Virus record (IMG/VR): IMGVR_UViG_2660238657_000001
Span: 64,001 to 128,000 of that record
DNA from: a virus
Taxonomy: Duplodnaviria; Caudoviricetes
Direction: 5' to 3' (one strand)
DNA: 64,000 nucleotides
Part shown: in pieces, positions 29,924-41,166 of the stretch
Layout of the letters: each line of letters opens with the position of its first letter
Numbering within the stretch: position 1 is the stretch's first letter
Program-made: the position numbers and the translations under genes
The notes under the pieces: generated by a model
Told to the model about the DNA's origin: nothing
Databases searched by the model: none
Seen by the model: the letters and a program-made list of their open reading frames with translations, nothing else

Positions 29924-30718
29924 TTAAGCTCCTATACTTCTATCTTGCATAATTTTATTGTATAGATATGTTTGTCCTTTACCTGTCACATATGTAGTAG
30001 TTTGTATAATTTCGCCTTTAAATCCTAAATCAACGATTCTTTCTTTTGTCTCAAAAATTTCTCTTTCTAAGTATTGTCTATAAGGTTGATTACTTTTATT
30101 TAAATACTCTTTATTTCTCAACCATTGCAATAATTTATTCCTTCCAAAATTTTTGATATTCATTAAGTCAGCGAATTTTTTCATACTAATACTCGCCTTG
30201 GTAAATTCTATTTTATCTGCAAAATTAATTTTTGGTTTGGCTTCTTCAAGTTGCTGTTCAGCTAGTTTTCTTTTCTGTCGTTCTTCTTTTAAATTAGTTG
30301 CTAATTTAATTATTGTGTCAGGATCAGTTAATATTTCTTCTATGGTATCTTCTGTCATATATGCACCATGTTTACGAATAGACGGAATTACATCTACTGC
30401 TAACCATTGTTGAAATTTAATAGCTTTATTATTATTAGCTTTCATAGCTAATAAATAAAGTGCTGATTCTGGAATATAATCTTCTTTTTTGATTTCGGAC
30501 TCTTTAAGTCCGAAAGATTTTAAGTGTTTATTTATATTTTGCATATGTGGTCGTATATACTCTTTTCCATTTTTTCTATCTACTTTTACTATATTAAGTC
30601 CTATTGCTACATCTTCAACATTAACTGAAATATTACCGTCTTTATCTACTAATGTTCTCGCATTTAATCCTAATTCTTCATTTTTAAATATTTGTACTTG
30701 TTTATTTTCCATAAACAC
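29924..30718 (-). CDS. BRO-N plus KilAC (ANT) antirepressor
   Basis: FQQWLAVDVIPSIRKHGAYMT, DPDTIIKLA, GRNKLLQWLR, VTGKGQ. Confidence 0.9.
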   Translation of the reverse strand: MFMENKQVQIFKNEELGLNARTLVDKDGNISVNVEDVAIGLNIVKVDRKNGKEYIRPHMQNINKHLKSFGLKESEIKKEDYIPESALYLLAMKANNNKAIKFQQWLAVDVIPSIRKHGAYMTEDTIEEILTDPDTIIKLATNLKEERQKRKLAEQQLEEAKPKINFADKIEFTKASISMKKFADLMNIKNFGRNKLLQWLRNKEYLNKSNQPYRQYLEREIFETKERIVDLGFKGEIIQTTTYVTGKGQTYLYNKIMQDRSIGA

Positions 30719-30769
30719 CCTCCTAAATTTTTTATTTTAAATTTATTTTTAATTATTTCTTATTGTCTT

Positions 30770-31057
30770 TTACTCTTCCAAATTGTTTATCTCTTTACGT
30801 CTTAAAGTTTTAATTTTTCTTAAAAATACTTTATTTTTTAAAATATCTTTACCAAATATTCTTATAAACTCTTCATTAAAATCCATAAGATTAAGATTAT
30901 TTACAGAAGTTTTATAACAAATAGGATCTCTATACCAATAATAAGACTCTAAACAATCTGCTATATAGCCTTGTGTAGAATAATCCCAACCATCAGCATC
31001 AAACATACTTATAACTTCTTCTTTATGTTTTTTAATAAATTCTTTTTTAGTTATCAT
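30770..31057 (-). CDS. Hypothetical protein
   Basis: ORF track. Confidence 0.55.
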   Translation of the reverse strand: MITKKEFIKKHKEEVISMFDADGWDYSTQGYIADCLESYYWYRDPICYKTSVNNLNLMDFNEEFIRIFGKDILKNKVFLRKIKTLRRKEINNLEE

Positions 31058-31187
31058 TAAATCGGAATAATTATTTTTAAGAAATTGATTTATGAATTGA
31101 TTTCTTTTTCCTTTTAGATTTAATATTCCAATTTTCTATATTTATATATCGGTATTTAGACATAAACATACCTCCTAATTTTTAATT

Positions 31188-31367
31188 TTATTTTGAAACA
31201 ATATTGATATTATCTACAATAACGCTTCCTATTGCCCCACCTATAAAAGCCACACTAAATTTAAGATTATCTACATAGCTGTATAAACGAAAAACTGTAT
31301 ACACTATTAATAAACTAATCATTAATATTAAAAAATTTCTTGATATTATTTTAAATGCTATTTTCAT
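31188..31367 (-). CDS. Small two-helix membrane protein, 59 aa (not in ORF track)
   Basis: AAAGGAGGTG RBS; MKIAFKIISRNFLILMISLLIVYTVFRLYSYVDNLKFSVAFIGGAIGSVIVDNINIVSK. Confidence 0.6.
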   Translation of the reverse strand: MKIAFKIISRNFLILMISLLIVYTVFRLYSYVDNLKFSVAFIGGAIGSVIVDNINIVSK

Positions 31368-31494
31368 ACTACAATCACCTCCTTTCGTATAAAATTTTAA
31401 TTTATTTTTTTAATAAAATACTTCTTTTATGAATTGGGTTAGTACATAAGCACTAACCCATATAATTTATATGTATATATGTATAATTTAGTGG

Positions 31495-32319
31495 TTAACA
31501 AGCAATTTGCGTTTCTTTTGTTATAGCCAAACATAGATTTTTATATCTAGTTTCACAAGCATTTTTAATTAGTTTTTGCCTTAATAAAAATTCAGCTCCA
31601 CCAGTAACTAAATTACTATCTAATATTTGTAACTCATACAATGCTTGATTAACCTCACAATCAAGATGTTCTCTTGTTTGGTTGTCTTTAGCACCTAATA
31701 TTTTTCTAATTTCTTTTGCTTTCTTACCCAATAAAGCCTCATTAATCATATCAGCTTCGGTGTAAAATAAAGCACTATTTGGTTTTTTATAATTATTATT
31801 TTTCATATAAACTAATTGCAAACACCTACATAATTCTTTGTACCCTTCTTTTTCAGGCTCTCTAATAACAACCCATTTATCCATTTTCCTTAATGCTTTT
31901 TCCATTAGTATAAAATATGTACGTGTTAATCTTCCTTTTGGTGTATGTTCTGACATGGCTACATTTTTAGCACACTCAAGAGTTAAGTAATAATCTGATT
32001 GAGGTCTTTTTAAATTACTATTTTCAACATGGACAAATTGTTCCATCTTAGCAAAATCAATGTTTTCTTCATAATATCTTACAACTTTTTTATCAATCCA
32101 TTTATTGAATTGCGTATAAGGCTTATCTAATTGCTCCCATAATGCCCTACCATTAATAACAAAGCCTTCTATATCGTCTTGCAGTAATTCTGGAAAAGTT
32201 TTTTGATATTTCATTATTAATTTAACTTCATCATCTGTAAATTTTATTTTTTCTTTTAAATCTTCCTTAGTAAATACTTTCACCTTTAATTCATTAATTT
32301 TTACCGTTTTCAAAAGCAT
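31495..32319 (-). CDS. AntA/AntB-family antirepressor
   Basis: INGRALWEQL, FNKWI, ENIDF, DYYLTLECAKNVAM, RTYFI. Confidence 0.85.
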   Translation of the reverse strand: MLLKTVKINELKVKVFTKEDLKEKIKFTDDEVKLIMKYQKTFPELLQDDIEGFVINGRALWEQLDKPYTQFNKWIDKKVVRYYEENIDFAKMEQFVHVENSNLKRPQSDYYLTLECAKNVAMSEHTPKGRLTRTYFILMEKALRKMDKWVVIREPEKEGYKELCRCLQLVYMKNNNYKKPNSALFYTEADMINEALLGKKAKEIRKILGAKDNQTREHLDCEVNQALYELQILDSNLVTGGAEFLLRQKLIKNACETRYKNLCLAITKETQIAC

Positions 32320-32525
32320 CTCTCCTTTATTTTAATTTATTTTTATTTATATATTAATGTGTTTGGTAGCTACCCAACAAACATTATTAACTATTTAGTG
32401 CCAATTACTTCCTACATCTACTATTATACGCTTATAGAATTATTTGTCAATAGAAAAGTTAGAATATTTTAATTTATTTTTATATAAAACTAATATTTTA
32501 AAGTAACAAAATTAAGCATAGATTA

Positions 32526-33727
32526 TTATTTTCTATGCTTATCTATTCTTTTAAGCAAATCTTTTTTATCGAATTTATTAGGATATAAAGTTTGTAAAAC
32601 TGCAAACGGACTATTTTTAAAAAATGCACTTAGCGGATATTTAAACCCATTTTCTATAAGAAACTTACAACTTACATTATTCTTTATTTCATCTTCCGTA
32701 AAATTGTCTAAAAAGTTCTTAATAGATTTTATAGCTCTTTCTTTTGTCCAATATTTTAAAGGTACATTATTAAAATCTTCCTCGCAAAATTTATTTGGAT
32801 ATGCAGAATTTATAGCTTTAAATGGACTACAATTAAATACATAGTTCAACATTCCGTTCAAATTAAATTTTCTAAAAATATTATAACCATAATTCTTTTT
32901 TATTCCTTCATCCGTCCATTGCAATTTTTCTTCTAACATCCATTTTACAGCCTGTTTTCCTGTATCTATTTTCCAAACCCTTGTGGCACATGACCAGCTA
33001 ATTCCCAAGGATAATATTTATTCGGATAAATGCTATTTATTAAATTATAAGTAGAACCGTTAAACATACTTTGGAGAATAGTGGTTTTTTTATATTTCTT
33101 TAATATAAAATGTAATTGTGGTTGTTTTATAGTTAAAATATCTACCTTTTCTTTTTCTAAAATAACTTTTATAACATCTATAGCCTTTTCTTTATTCCAG
33201 TAGCTAATAGGGGTACAACTTAACTCCCATTCTTGTACCATATTTGGATAAACAAAATTAACAACTGCAAATGGACTTCCTTTAAATTTTACACTAAATA
33301 AAGATTGTAGTTTATATTTTGGCAAAATATAACTACTCATTTTTTCTTTTATGTCTTTTATATTCCATTGTAAAATATTTTCAAATAAGTATTTTAAAAT
33401 TGTTACTATTTCTTGATTGGTTATATCTTGCCAAAAAAATCTAGGAAAATATTTTAAAGTTCCATCTAAAACCATATTGTAGATTTCTATGCATGTAGAG
33501 TTTTGTAATTTTTCTTCAAATTCTCTTTTAATTTGTGCTTTGCTTTTTGTATTTTTGTAATATCCAAAATATCTTAAAGCTTCTGCATAGCTACCATTTC
33601 CGAATCTAGTGGCAATAATACTTCCATGCTTAACTTCTCGTCTTTTAGGAGGTCGTCCCAATTCGTGTACCTTATTTAAAAATATATTTTTTAAATATTC
33701 GTCTGTATACTTTTGTTCGCTCGGCAA
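32526..33727 (-). pseudogene. DUF4046-like repeat protein split by a 1-nt frameshift near 32975
   Basis: Both ORFs carry SPF...YP...W/VP..YW repeats; adding one T restores VPQGFWKIDTG. Confidence 0.75.
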
Positions 33728-33797
33728 TAATAAACACCTCTTTATATATAATAATATAGTATAAATATTAATAAATATCTATGCACACTATATTTTA

Positions 33798-34958
33798 CTA
33801 TATAGTGTGCATGTCTACAACTTTTTCCCATAATCCAGAAATATTACGAACGTTAAGTCTATTGTAGAAAGTATTTAAGCTTGGTAGGTTATTATTTTTT
33901 AAAATTTTTTGAAGTTTCTTTGAAGATAAAATGTTTCGGTTATTATCTAAATATATTTTTACTAAAGTTTCTTTTAAAAATTCGTCTGAATATTTCACTT
34001 TCTTTTCTTTAATGTTTTTATTTGTTATTTTTAATCTAGGATCATCAACAATTAATTTTCTTAAATTAGTTATTGTCCCGAATCTATTTAAAATAATATG
34101 ATCACTTTTGTTGTCTATGCGTATATCTGTTATACTAGCCCATTTGTCTAATTTGTTACATAAATTAATATAATAATTTACTATTTCTTCCTTGCTTGTT
34201 GCATTAAATTTATTATATGTGCTATTTATATCTAATCCTGCTACCTCTAAAGCATTATTCCAACTGCCGAATCTATGTTGATATACAGCGGGTGCATATC
34301 CAAAATAGCTTGTAAAATCTTCTATACTTATATTTTCTTTTTTTAATTTTTGACTGAGTAATTTAAGCATATCCAACAATTCTTCTTTTGTCCTATAAGA
34401 ATTTGGAGATAAATTGGATTGACGTAACGCTTCTGTAAAATTACCAAAATTTTTTTTAAAAACAGCTGTGCTTGGAAAGTCTTTAACGGTAGGTACTCTA
34501 TTAAGTTCGTTAGCCTTATCTTGTATAATTTTTACTAACTGTTCTTTTATATCTTTGTTTTTGTCTAAATTATACGAAAATCTCGGACTAGGTTCTTTTT
34601 TATATGCATATTCTGTATTTGGGAATCCTGCCTTAATTAGAGCATTATTATAGTTTCCAAAAAGTTTTTTTATAATTTTTCCTTTCCCCAGTTCCGTAAT
34701 GGTGGGAATTCTATCTAATTCTTTAATTTTTAATTGTATAAATTCGATAATTTCTTGTTGCGTATAATTTTTTTGTTCTTTAGGTTTTAATCCTGCCTTT
34801 ATTAAGGCGTTATTCCAATTACCAAATCTGTAACAAGCTACTGCTCCAATATTACCAAGATTTCTTTTAGAAGGCGTTTTATTTAGTTCTCTAGCTTTTC
34901 CTATAATAATTTGTAGAATTTGTTCATTTGTTAAAGAACTTTTCATAAAATAATTCAC
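33798..34958 (-). CDS. Homing-endonuclease-associated repeat protein
   Basis: About five repeats of EL.R.PT...RFGSWNNAL.KAGL; no nuclease domain seen. Confidence 0.8.
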   Translation of the reverse strand: MNYFMKSSLTNEQILQIIIGKARELNKTPSKRNLGNIGAVACYRFGNWNNALIKAGLKPKEQKNYTQQEIIEFIQLKIKELDRIPTITELGKGKIIKKLFGNYNNALIKAGFPNTEYAYKKEPSPRFSYNLDKNKDIKEQLVKIIQDKANELNRVPTVKDFPSTAVFKKNFGNFTEALRQSNLSPNSYRTKEELLDMLKLLSQKLKKENISIEDFTSYFGYAPAVYQHRFGSWNNALEVAGLDINSTYNKFNATSKEEIVNYYINLCNKLDKWASITDIRIDNKSDHIILNRFGTITNLRKLIVDDPRLKITNKNIKEKKVKYSDEFLKETLVKIYLDNNRNILSSKKLQKILKNNNLPSLNTFYNRLNVRNISGLWEKVVDMHTI

Positions 34959-35070
34959 TTCCTTATATGTTTATATATAAATACATATTATATTAATTAT
35001 ATCCCAATTTTTATAAAAAAATAAGGTAGATAATAATTATTATCTACCTTAAGAAAATTTTACTATTTTC

Positions 35071-35349
35071 TTATACAATATCTATGCTTACAACTTTAAC
35101 TACAGTGTCTAAGATATCCTCTGTTTGCTCTATAACATCGAATTCAAAATTGAATCCTTCCATTTCTGCTGTTTCCCAACAGAATCCATCTTCTAAAAAT
35201 TCTTTTGTGTTTCCATCGAAAATACTATCTGCATAGTCAAATCGACTACACATGTCGTTATCTAATTCTAATAACTTAACTTCTTTTCCTACGTATTCTT
35301 CTTTTAATTCTTTTAACATATTTTCCATTTTAACTATCCCCTTTACCAA
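35071..35349 (-). CDS. Acidic hypothetical protein
   Basis: ORF track; likely start MENMLK after AAGGGG. Confidence 0.65.
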   Translation of the reverse strand: MVKGIVKMENMLKELKEEYVGKEVKLLELDNDMCSRFDYADSIFDGNTKEFLEDGFCWETAEMEGFNFEFDVIEQTEDILDTVVKVVSIDIV

Positions 35350-35818
35350 TTTTTACACTTTATTTTTTATCTTTATATTCTTATAGCTTTTGTATATTTT
35401 AATTATTAACTTTTGCTAAGAAAATATTTCTACTTTTGTTAAATTAAATATTAAATTTAAAGTGGAAAGAGACTTTAAGATGAACCTCTTAGAACTATTA
35501 TATTGATTTATAAATCCCAACATAACCTACCTAGGATATATATTTGATATGCATTTAAAGACTTTAATTCTTCTTCTGTTGGATTTCTTTTTTCTTTCTG
35601 ATACTTTTTACATTGTTGACAACAACCTTTCTGACACTCCCAAGACTTTAGTCTTGGGGTTCTTAGATACATTAACTTCTTTTATACTCTCATTTATTTA
35701 AACTTCAAATAAATTACAACATATAAATACTAGTTAGTTTCTCTAAGACTTTCACTAACTATCACTCTAATGAATGATTAACATTAGTATAAGGCTCATG
35801 TCTAAACCTATATAGATT

Positions 35819-37317
35819 TTATATCCCCATACTAGATATTATCTTATATCCATTTTTCTTTAATTCCTTTAATCTTTCTATCTCTTTGTCGTGTAATCTC
35901 CTAAAATTATCATAAGTTTCAATACATAAATCTCTATCTATTTTATCTAATTTTTTACCTATAACATTCATTATCAAAAATGCAGAATACATATCTCTTT
36001 GAATTTGAATATCTTCATTCCATCTATCTTTTAAGTCTTTTTTATTATATTCATCTGTAAAATGATTATATTGACTTGCTTTGCATTTCTTAGTATCTAT
36101 TTTAAATAATTGAGTATCGTTCCATTTTAGCTTATTGTCTAACATAGTTAAAAACATACTAGGTGCTTTATTAGCTAAAGATTTCCCGAATCTTTTCTTT
36201 TTATTAAATCTACCCGTTTTCTCATTAATAGTAGTTTCTTTTGTTCTAGCTTGTAATCCTTTATAATTCATAGTTTCTACTAAAAATCTATCGCCTAATG
36301 GTAATAATCTATTTATTAGTCTGTAATGACTTTGTTTTCTGATTTCAGTTTGTTTTCTTTGAATTTCTTTAATTTTATTTTGAGTTTTAATATATCTATT
36401 AGATTTGATCCATTTATCTCTATCACTCTTATTAATAGTACCATCTTCATTATATTTGTTAGGATTATTAGCACGCCTTTGTCTATCTAATTTCTTATTT
36501 AATATTCTTTTATGATTTTCTATGTTATCAATCTCAGGTGCTAATTCTAACAACTTAACATCATAATTACTTGATATTGCAATAGTTCTTGTACCTATAT
36601 CCAAGCCCACATTGCCTTTACCTATTTTATTCTTTATCTCACCTGTTTTATTATTGATCTTCATAGGTGGTATTCCTTCAAGAATTAATTGAACATAAAA
36701 TTTTGTTTTACCTCTTATAATCCTTCTAATAATTCTACAATACTTAACTCTATTTTGTAATGACATTTGAGCATATATATCATTAGCTTTTATTATTACA
36801 GGTACTTTCAATCCACTCCATATTAACAAATTATCTTGAAACCTAATACCCGTTTTATTAGATTTACCTTCAACGCTATTTAATTCACCGTATCTTTTAA
36901 AATATACTCTTTTAGCTTGGTGAAACATTAGTTTCTGAAATGAATTAAAAACTCTTGTTGCTATCTTTTGAGCTGTAAAACTATCTATATTATCTTTAAA
37001 ATGCTTTTGAATTGGTTTAACATATGTATGGAGTGAATACTCAGTTAAATCATATTTTTTATTTAATTCATTAAATTTTTTACTACGTTCTTTATCTTTA
37101 TCCATTTTAATTATATTCTTATATTCTTATATTCTTGCCTATAATCTTTTAATTCTCTTGTATGTTTATATCTTTTTAATATTTCACCTAAACAAGAGTT
37201 ATATATATTTCTGCTTATTTCTAGTCTTTTATTTAATATATCTTCTTGATACTTTTCTGTTTTTAATTTTAAAGTTAATATATAACTTGATGTTTTTGAT
37301 TTAGCCATAGTATTCAC
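35819..37317 (-). pseudogene. tnpB: TnpB-like nuclease, frameshifted by an 8-bp tandem duplication
   Basis: VGLDIG, VETMNY, QRDMYSAF; ATATTCTT x3 at 37113-37136, removing one copy fuses the 68-aa and 428-aa ORFs. Confidence 0.85.
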
Positions 37318-37325
37318 CTCCTTTA

Positions 37326-37727
37326 TTAATACCTCTTTTTTTGATTTTCTACATATTGTTTTACTGTTTCACTTGATATATTACCTGCTGTTGAAACAAA
37401 GTAACTTCTAGTCCATAGACTAGGCATTTTTGATAGTTCTACAAATTCCTTTCTTAATTCTCTACTTGTTACACCTTTTATTTTTTGCATGATATCTCTA
37501 GGCGATAAAGTAGGCAAACAATTTAAAAACATATGTGTATGATCTCTGTCACATTCTATAGCTATTATTTTAATATCTAGTTCTTCACATATATTTTTAA
37601 CTAATTCTTTAAATCTATTTTCTACATTAGATATATCAAATATTTTTCTTCTATATCTAGGACAGAAAATAAAATGATAATTTATTAAACTTACGGTTGT
37701 TGATGTTTTTCTATATTTATTTTCCAT
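37326..37727 (-). CDS. tnpA: IS200-family Y1 transposase
   Basis: YHFIFCPRYRR, DHTH (HUH), LWTRSYFVSTAG, YVENQ. Confidence 0.95.
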   Translation of the reverse strand: MENKYRKTSTTVSLINYHFIFCPRYRRKIFDISNVENRFKELVKNICEELDIKIIAIECDRDHTHMFLNCLPTLSPRDIMQKIKGVTSRELRKEFVELSKMPSLWTRSYFVSTAGNISSETVKQYVENQKKRY

Positions 37728-38338
37728 GTGTATATATTACCATATTATTGTGTATGTTGTCAACTATTTTATACACATTTTTTTTAAAACAATCTCTCGC
37801 ACAAAATTCATCCAACACCTAAAGGAGTTGGCTTTCTTTTGCGCATCTTACATTGTTATATTTATTTTTGTATTAATAGAAACTCGAACTTGTCAGTGTA
37901 GTCATTGTATACAATCTTGTAAAAGGGATTGTTGTACCCTTTAACACTATTAACAAATTTTTTAGCTTCTTTTGCAAAGATAAGTGCCGACCTGTTATCA
38001 CCACACCACAAATGACCGTTTTGTTGATAATTTTCATCTACTGTAGGGATTACTTTCCCTTTGTATAATACATCAATTGCTTTTTGCTGACATGGTCTCC
38101 ACTCCCCCTTAATTTTTTCAGTACCCATAATAATAGATTTTTTTGTTGTAATATAATTTTTCTTCATTTAAATACACTCCTTTAATTTTATCTTTTTGAT
38201 CTTGTATTTCTTAACCTTATGTACTTATTATACCCTATAAAGTATAATAAGTCAAGAGTTTTTTGAAAAACTTTTAATTTATTTTTATTTAAAATTCTTA
38301 TTTTATATTACTTTTTCTTTTAAGCTCTCTGCGTCTTA

Positions 38339-38611
38339 TTATTCTAAATTCTTTTTATATACTGCTATAGGTACGTATATATTATCGTTTAAATTGTGTA
38401 AATTACCGTATAATCTTTCATGTTTTTGATATTCTAAGCTATAACCTTTATTGGTCATTAGAATAACGTGCTTATCCCTCTCTGTATTATTACCATAATA
38501 CCATGTAACAAGTGTGCATTTGAATATATAATCCTTATGTTCACTTACCATTAACAATCCTTCCTTATTAACTTTTTCTTGAATTTTTAATGCAATTTTT
38601 CTATTTAACAT
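38339..38611 (-). CDS. Hypothetical protein
   Basis: AAAGGAGG RBS. Confidence 0.65.
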   Translation of the reverse strand: MLNRKIALKIQEKVNKEGLLMVSEHKDYIFKCTLVTWYYGNNTERDKHVILMTNKGYSLEYQKHERLYGNLHNLNDNIYVPIAVYKKNLE

Positions 38612-38701
38612 TTATATATCCTCCTTTATTTTTAAATTTTCTATAAAGTACACTAATATTAGAAACTTACATTAATGCACTTTAACAAAATTTAAAAATC
38701 G

Positions 38702-38932
38702 TTAACTATTTAATTCTTCAAACTCTATAATTCTTTCTATAGCTTCAATTGCACCGTTGAGTTTTGCCATTTTTACAGAATATTTATTGTAAGACTGACC
38801 TATATTTGCAACTACTTCAGGGCTGTCAATTCCGTTTGATAATTCTTTTGCAAGATTGCAATATTCTTTATTGAGATTATCCAATTTAACAACATAACTA
38901 TTTTGAATTTTTCTCAGATTTTTTATATCCAT
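38702..38932 (-). CDS. Hypothetical protein
   Basis: ORF with RBS. Confidence 0.6.
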   Translation of the reverse strand: MDIKNLRKIQNSYVVKLDNLNKEYCNLAKELSNGIDSPEVVANIGQSYNKYSVKMAKLNGAIEAIERIIEFEELNS

Positions 38933-38962
38933 AAATTCTACCCCCTAAAACCATTGAGTGGT

Positions 38963-39202
38963 TTATATCTCCAAATATTGACTCATGAAACATACACCAA
39001 ATTTATCTTCAAAATTGTGTAAAATACTTTTAATTTCAAATATGATATTGTTTCCCGAACTTATATCCTCCAAAGATATTATACATTTCTTTATTTCCTT
39101 AGTATCTTTGTTAAATCCTCTTAATTGTATCATATTTATATCAACTACTTCATTTTCTTCAAACATAGCTATTAATTCTTTTTTTAATTTTTGAATAGTC
39201 AT
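38963..39202 (-). CDS. Hypothetical protein
   Basis: GGAGG RBS. Confidence 0.6.
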   Translation of the reverse strand: MTIQKLKKELIAMFEENEVVDINMIQLRGFNKDTKEIKKCIISLEDISSGNNIIFEIKSILHNFEDKFGVCFMSQYLEI

Positions 39203-39223
39203 ATATAGCCTCCATAAATGAAA

Positions 39224-39778
39224 TTACTTCTCTTTAATAATTTCCTTTAGTGTATTTTTAAAACGTTGTATAGTATTAGCTATACTAGTATTATTCCATT
39301 CGTACCATTGTTTTACTTTTGTAAAATCTTTTTCTAATACTCTTACCTTCCTATTGTAGCCTACATTTACATCCCTGTATAGTTTTAAAAGTTCCTCGGT
39401 TTCTTTGAAAGAATTCACATCTTCCATTTTCGATTTAAAGGAGTCAAAGGCTTTATCTACCTTATCCACCTTATAATTATCAAGTTCTTGCTTTTCTTTT
39501 TCTAATTTTTGAATAGACTCTTGGTATCTACTTTCAATTTCCTTTTGTCTTTTGTCTTGTCTCTCTAATATTTCTTTTATTTCATTTATTAATTGTTCTT
39601 TCTCATAAACCTCGTGTTTATTTTTAACTATTACATCATTGTAATAGTTTTTTGTATCGTTGCAATAGGTTATCGCTTCTTCTATTACAACTTTGTCTTG
39701 CTGTCCTTTTAAATCTCCTATTCTATAACCACTATGGATGTAATTCTCCTGATCTATATAGTATACTTTATTACACAT
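39224..39778 (-). CDS. Coiled-coil hypothetical protein
   Basis: GGAGGG RBS. Confidence 0.65.
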   Translation of the reverse strand: MCNKVYYIDQENYIHSGYRIGDLKGQQDKVVIEEAITYCNDTKNYYNDVIVKNKHEVYEKEQLINEIKEILERQDKRQKEIESRYQESIQKLEKEKQELDNYKVDKVDKAFDSFKSKMEDVNSFKETEELLKLYRDVNVGYNRKVRVLEKDFTKVKQWYEWNNTSIANTIQRFKNTLKEIIKEK

Positions 39779-39885
39779 TGACTTTTATCCCTCCAGATAT
39801 TCATTTCTTAATAATATTATATCATATTAATTAAATTAAATCAAGTTATATTTTAATTTAATTTCATTAATATAAAAGTTGAATT

Positions 39886-40182
39886 TTATATACATTCTTG
39901 CATTTGAACACCGTTTGGAATATCTGAATTTATAATAAAATTATTAAAACAACCACTTACGATACCCTTAATATTATTTGGTAAATCAGATTTATTAACC
40001 TTTACACTGTTGTTATAAATCAACAGTATATATCCACCTTGTTTACGTTCTTCTATAGATATTTTTAGATTATAAAATTTATCTCTATTAAAAATCTTTT
40101 GAACAAGGTTCTCATCATTATTTAATATTTTTGTAAAAAACTCCTTTTCGTTGTATCTATATATAGCTTTTTTCATTTTCAA
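39886..40182 (-). CDS. Hypothetical protein
   Basis: GAGGAG RBS, TTG start. Confidence 0.6.
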   Translation of the reverse strand: MKMKKAIYRYNEKEFFTKILNNDENLVQKIFNRDKFYNLKISIEERKQGGYILLIYNNSVKVNKSDLPNNIKGIVSGCFNNFIINSDIPNGVQMQECI

Positions 40183-40221
40183 ACACTCCTCTAATTTATT
40201 ATATTTAATTTATTTTTTAAT

Positions 40222-40776
40222 CTAAATGTAACAAAACTTATTTATTATATCTGCTGCATTATCTCCATATATTTCTTTTATTAATTCTTTACAACTTAGA
40301 TTATCATACTGCATACTATAACCATTCATAGAATTACGTATATGACTATCTAACTTTACTAGATCCAATCTTATAGTATTACATATTCCTAATACGAACT
40401 CATCCACAAAGCTCCAGAAGTTTATATTAAATATTTTATCAAACTTTTCTATATTGTTATAGAATTCTTTTTTAGTTAATTTATTTTTAAACTTTTGTTC
40501 TAACTCTTGTATATATTCCTTATCGTTATTAAAATTTTCTTGTATTAATTGTAGATTTTCTTTTAACAACTTATTTAATTCATTTTCATTTTTACTAGAT
40601 ATTAAACTCATACCAGTTTTAACATCTGTTACGCTGTAAATTTTAACTTTGTTATTACTTTGTTTATCCTTATATATGTAACTACATTTTATTAAATCTC
40701 TATCAATATCTTTAAATTTAAATGGCTCTCCTTCAACTTCTTGTTTCCAGTTTGAAAAATTAATATAATATTTCAT
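40222..40776 (-). CDS. Hypothetical protein
   Basis: AAGGAG RBS. Confidence 0.65.
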   Translation of the reverse strand: MKYYINFSNWKQEVEGEPFKFKDIDRDLIKCSYIYKDKQSNNKVKIYSVTDVKTGMSLISSKNENELNKLLKENLQLIQENFNNDKEYIQELEQKFKNKLTKKEFYNNIEKFDKIFNINFWSFVDEFVLGICNTIRLDLVKLDSHIRNSMNGYSMQYDNLSCKELIKEIYGDNAADIINKFCYI

Positions 40777-41166
40777 GTTTTTATATCTCCTTTTATTAAT
40801 TTGTAATATAATTATACCTCTTAAGCAATAAAATGTAAAGTGTTTTGTATATATAATTTAATTTATTTATATATACGAGTGTTCTTCATAGTTTAAATAA
40901 AAAATAAAAATATATATCGCCCTTCTTTTGGTTCTTTTCTTGGGCGTGGTCGGAACATAGTTTAGAGATACTAGCACTTTAGTGCGTGTATCTCTTTTGT
41001 TCCGAGATGGTATCAAGAAAAGAACGGTTTTTGTGTTTAGTATATATAAATAATATAAATTAATTGTAATTATTGTTTTAAGCTAATTTTAATCTAAACC
41101 CTTGATTTATAAAGGTTTAAGAGGTTATTTACTACTTTCAACTTCACACCACATTTTAATTATATT

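Larger units (their letters stand above)
35631..37870 (-). mobile_element. IS200/IS605-family element (tnpA plus frameshifted tnpB)
   Basis: Left hairpin CCAACTCCTTTAGGTGTTGG, right hairpin CCCAAGACTAAAGTCTTGGG then TGTCAG; ends uncertain by 1 nt. Confidence 0.85.
35508..38167 (-). pseudogene. Hypothetical gene split by IS200/IS605 element (139 aa when rebuilt)
   Basis: Joining 38167-37871 to 35630-35508 is in frame (...DKFEFLLI-KGCCQQCKK...). Confidence 0.6.

Noticed and set aside
32960..33010. Programmed -1 frameshift
   Set aside because: GGG TTT GGA is not an in-frame X XXY YYZ slippery heptamer; a single-base deletion is simpler
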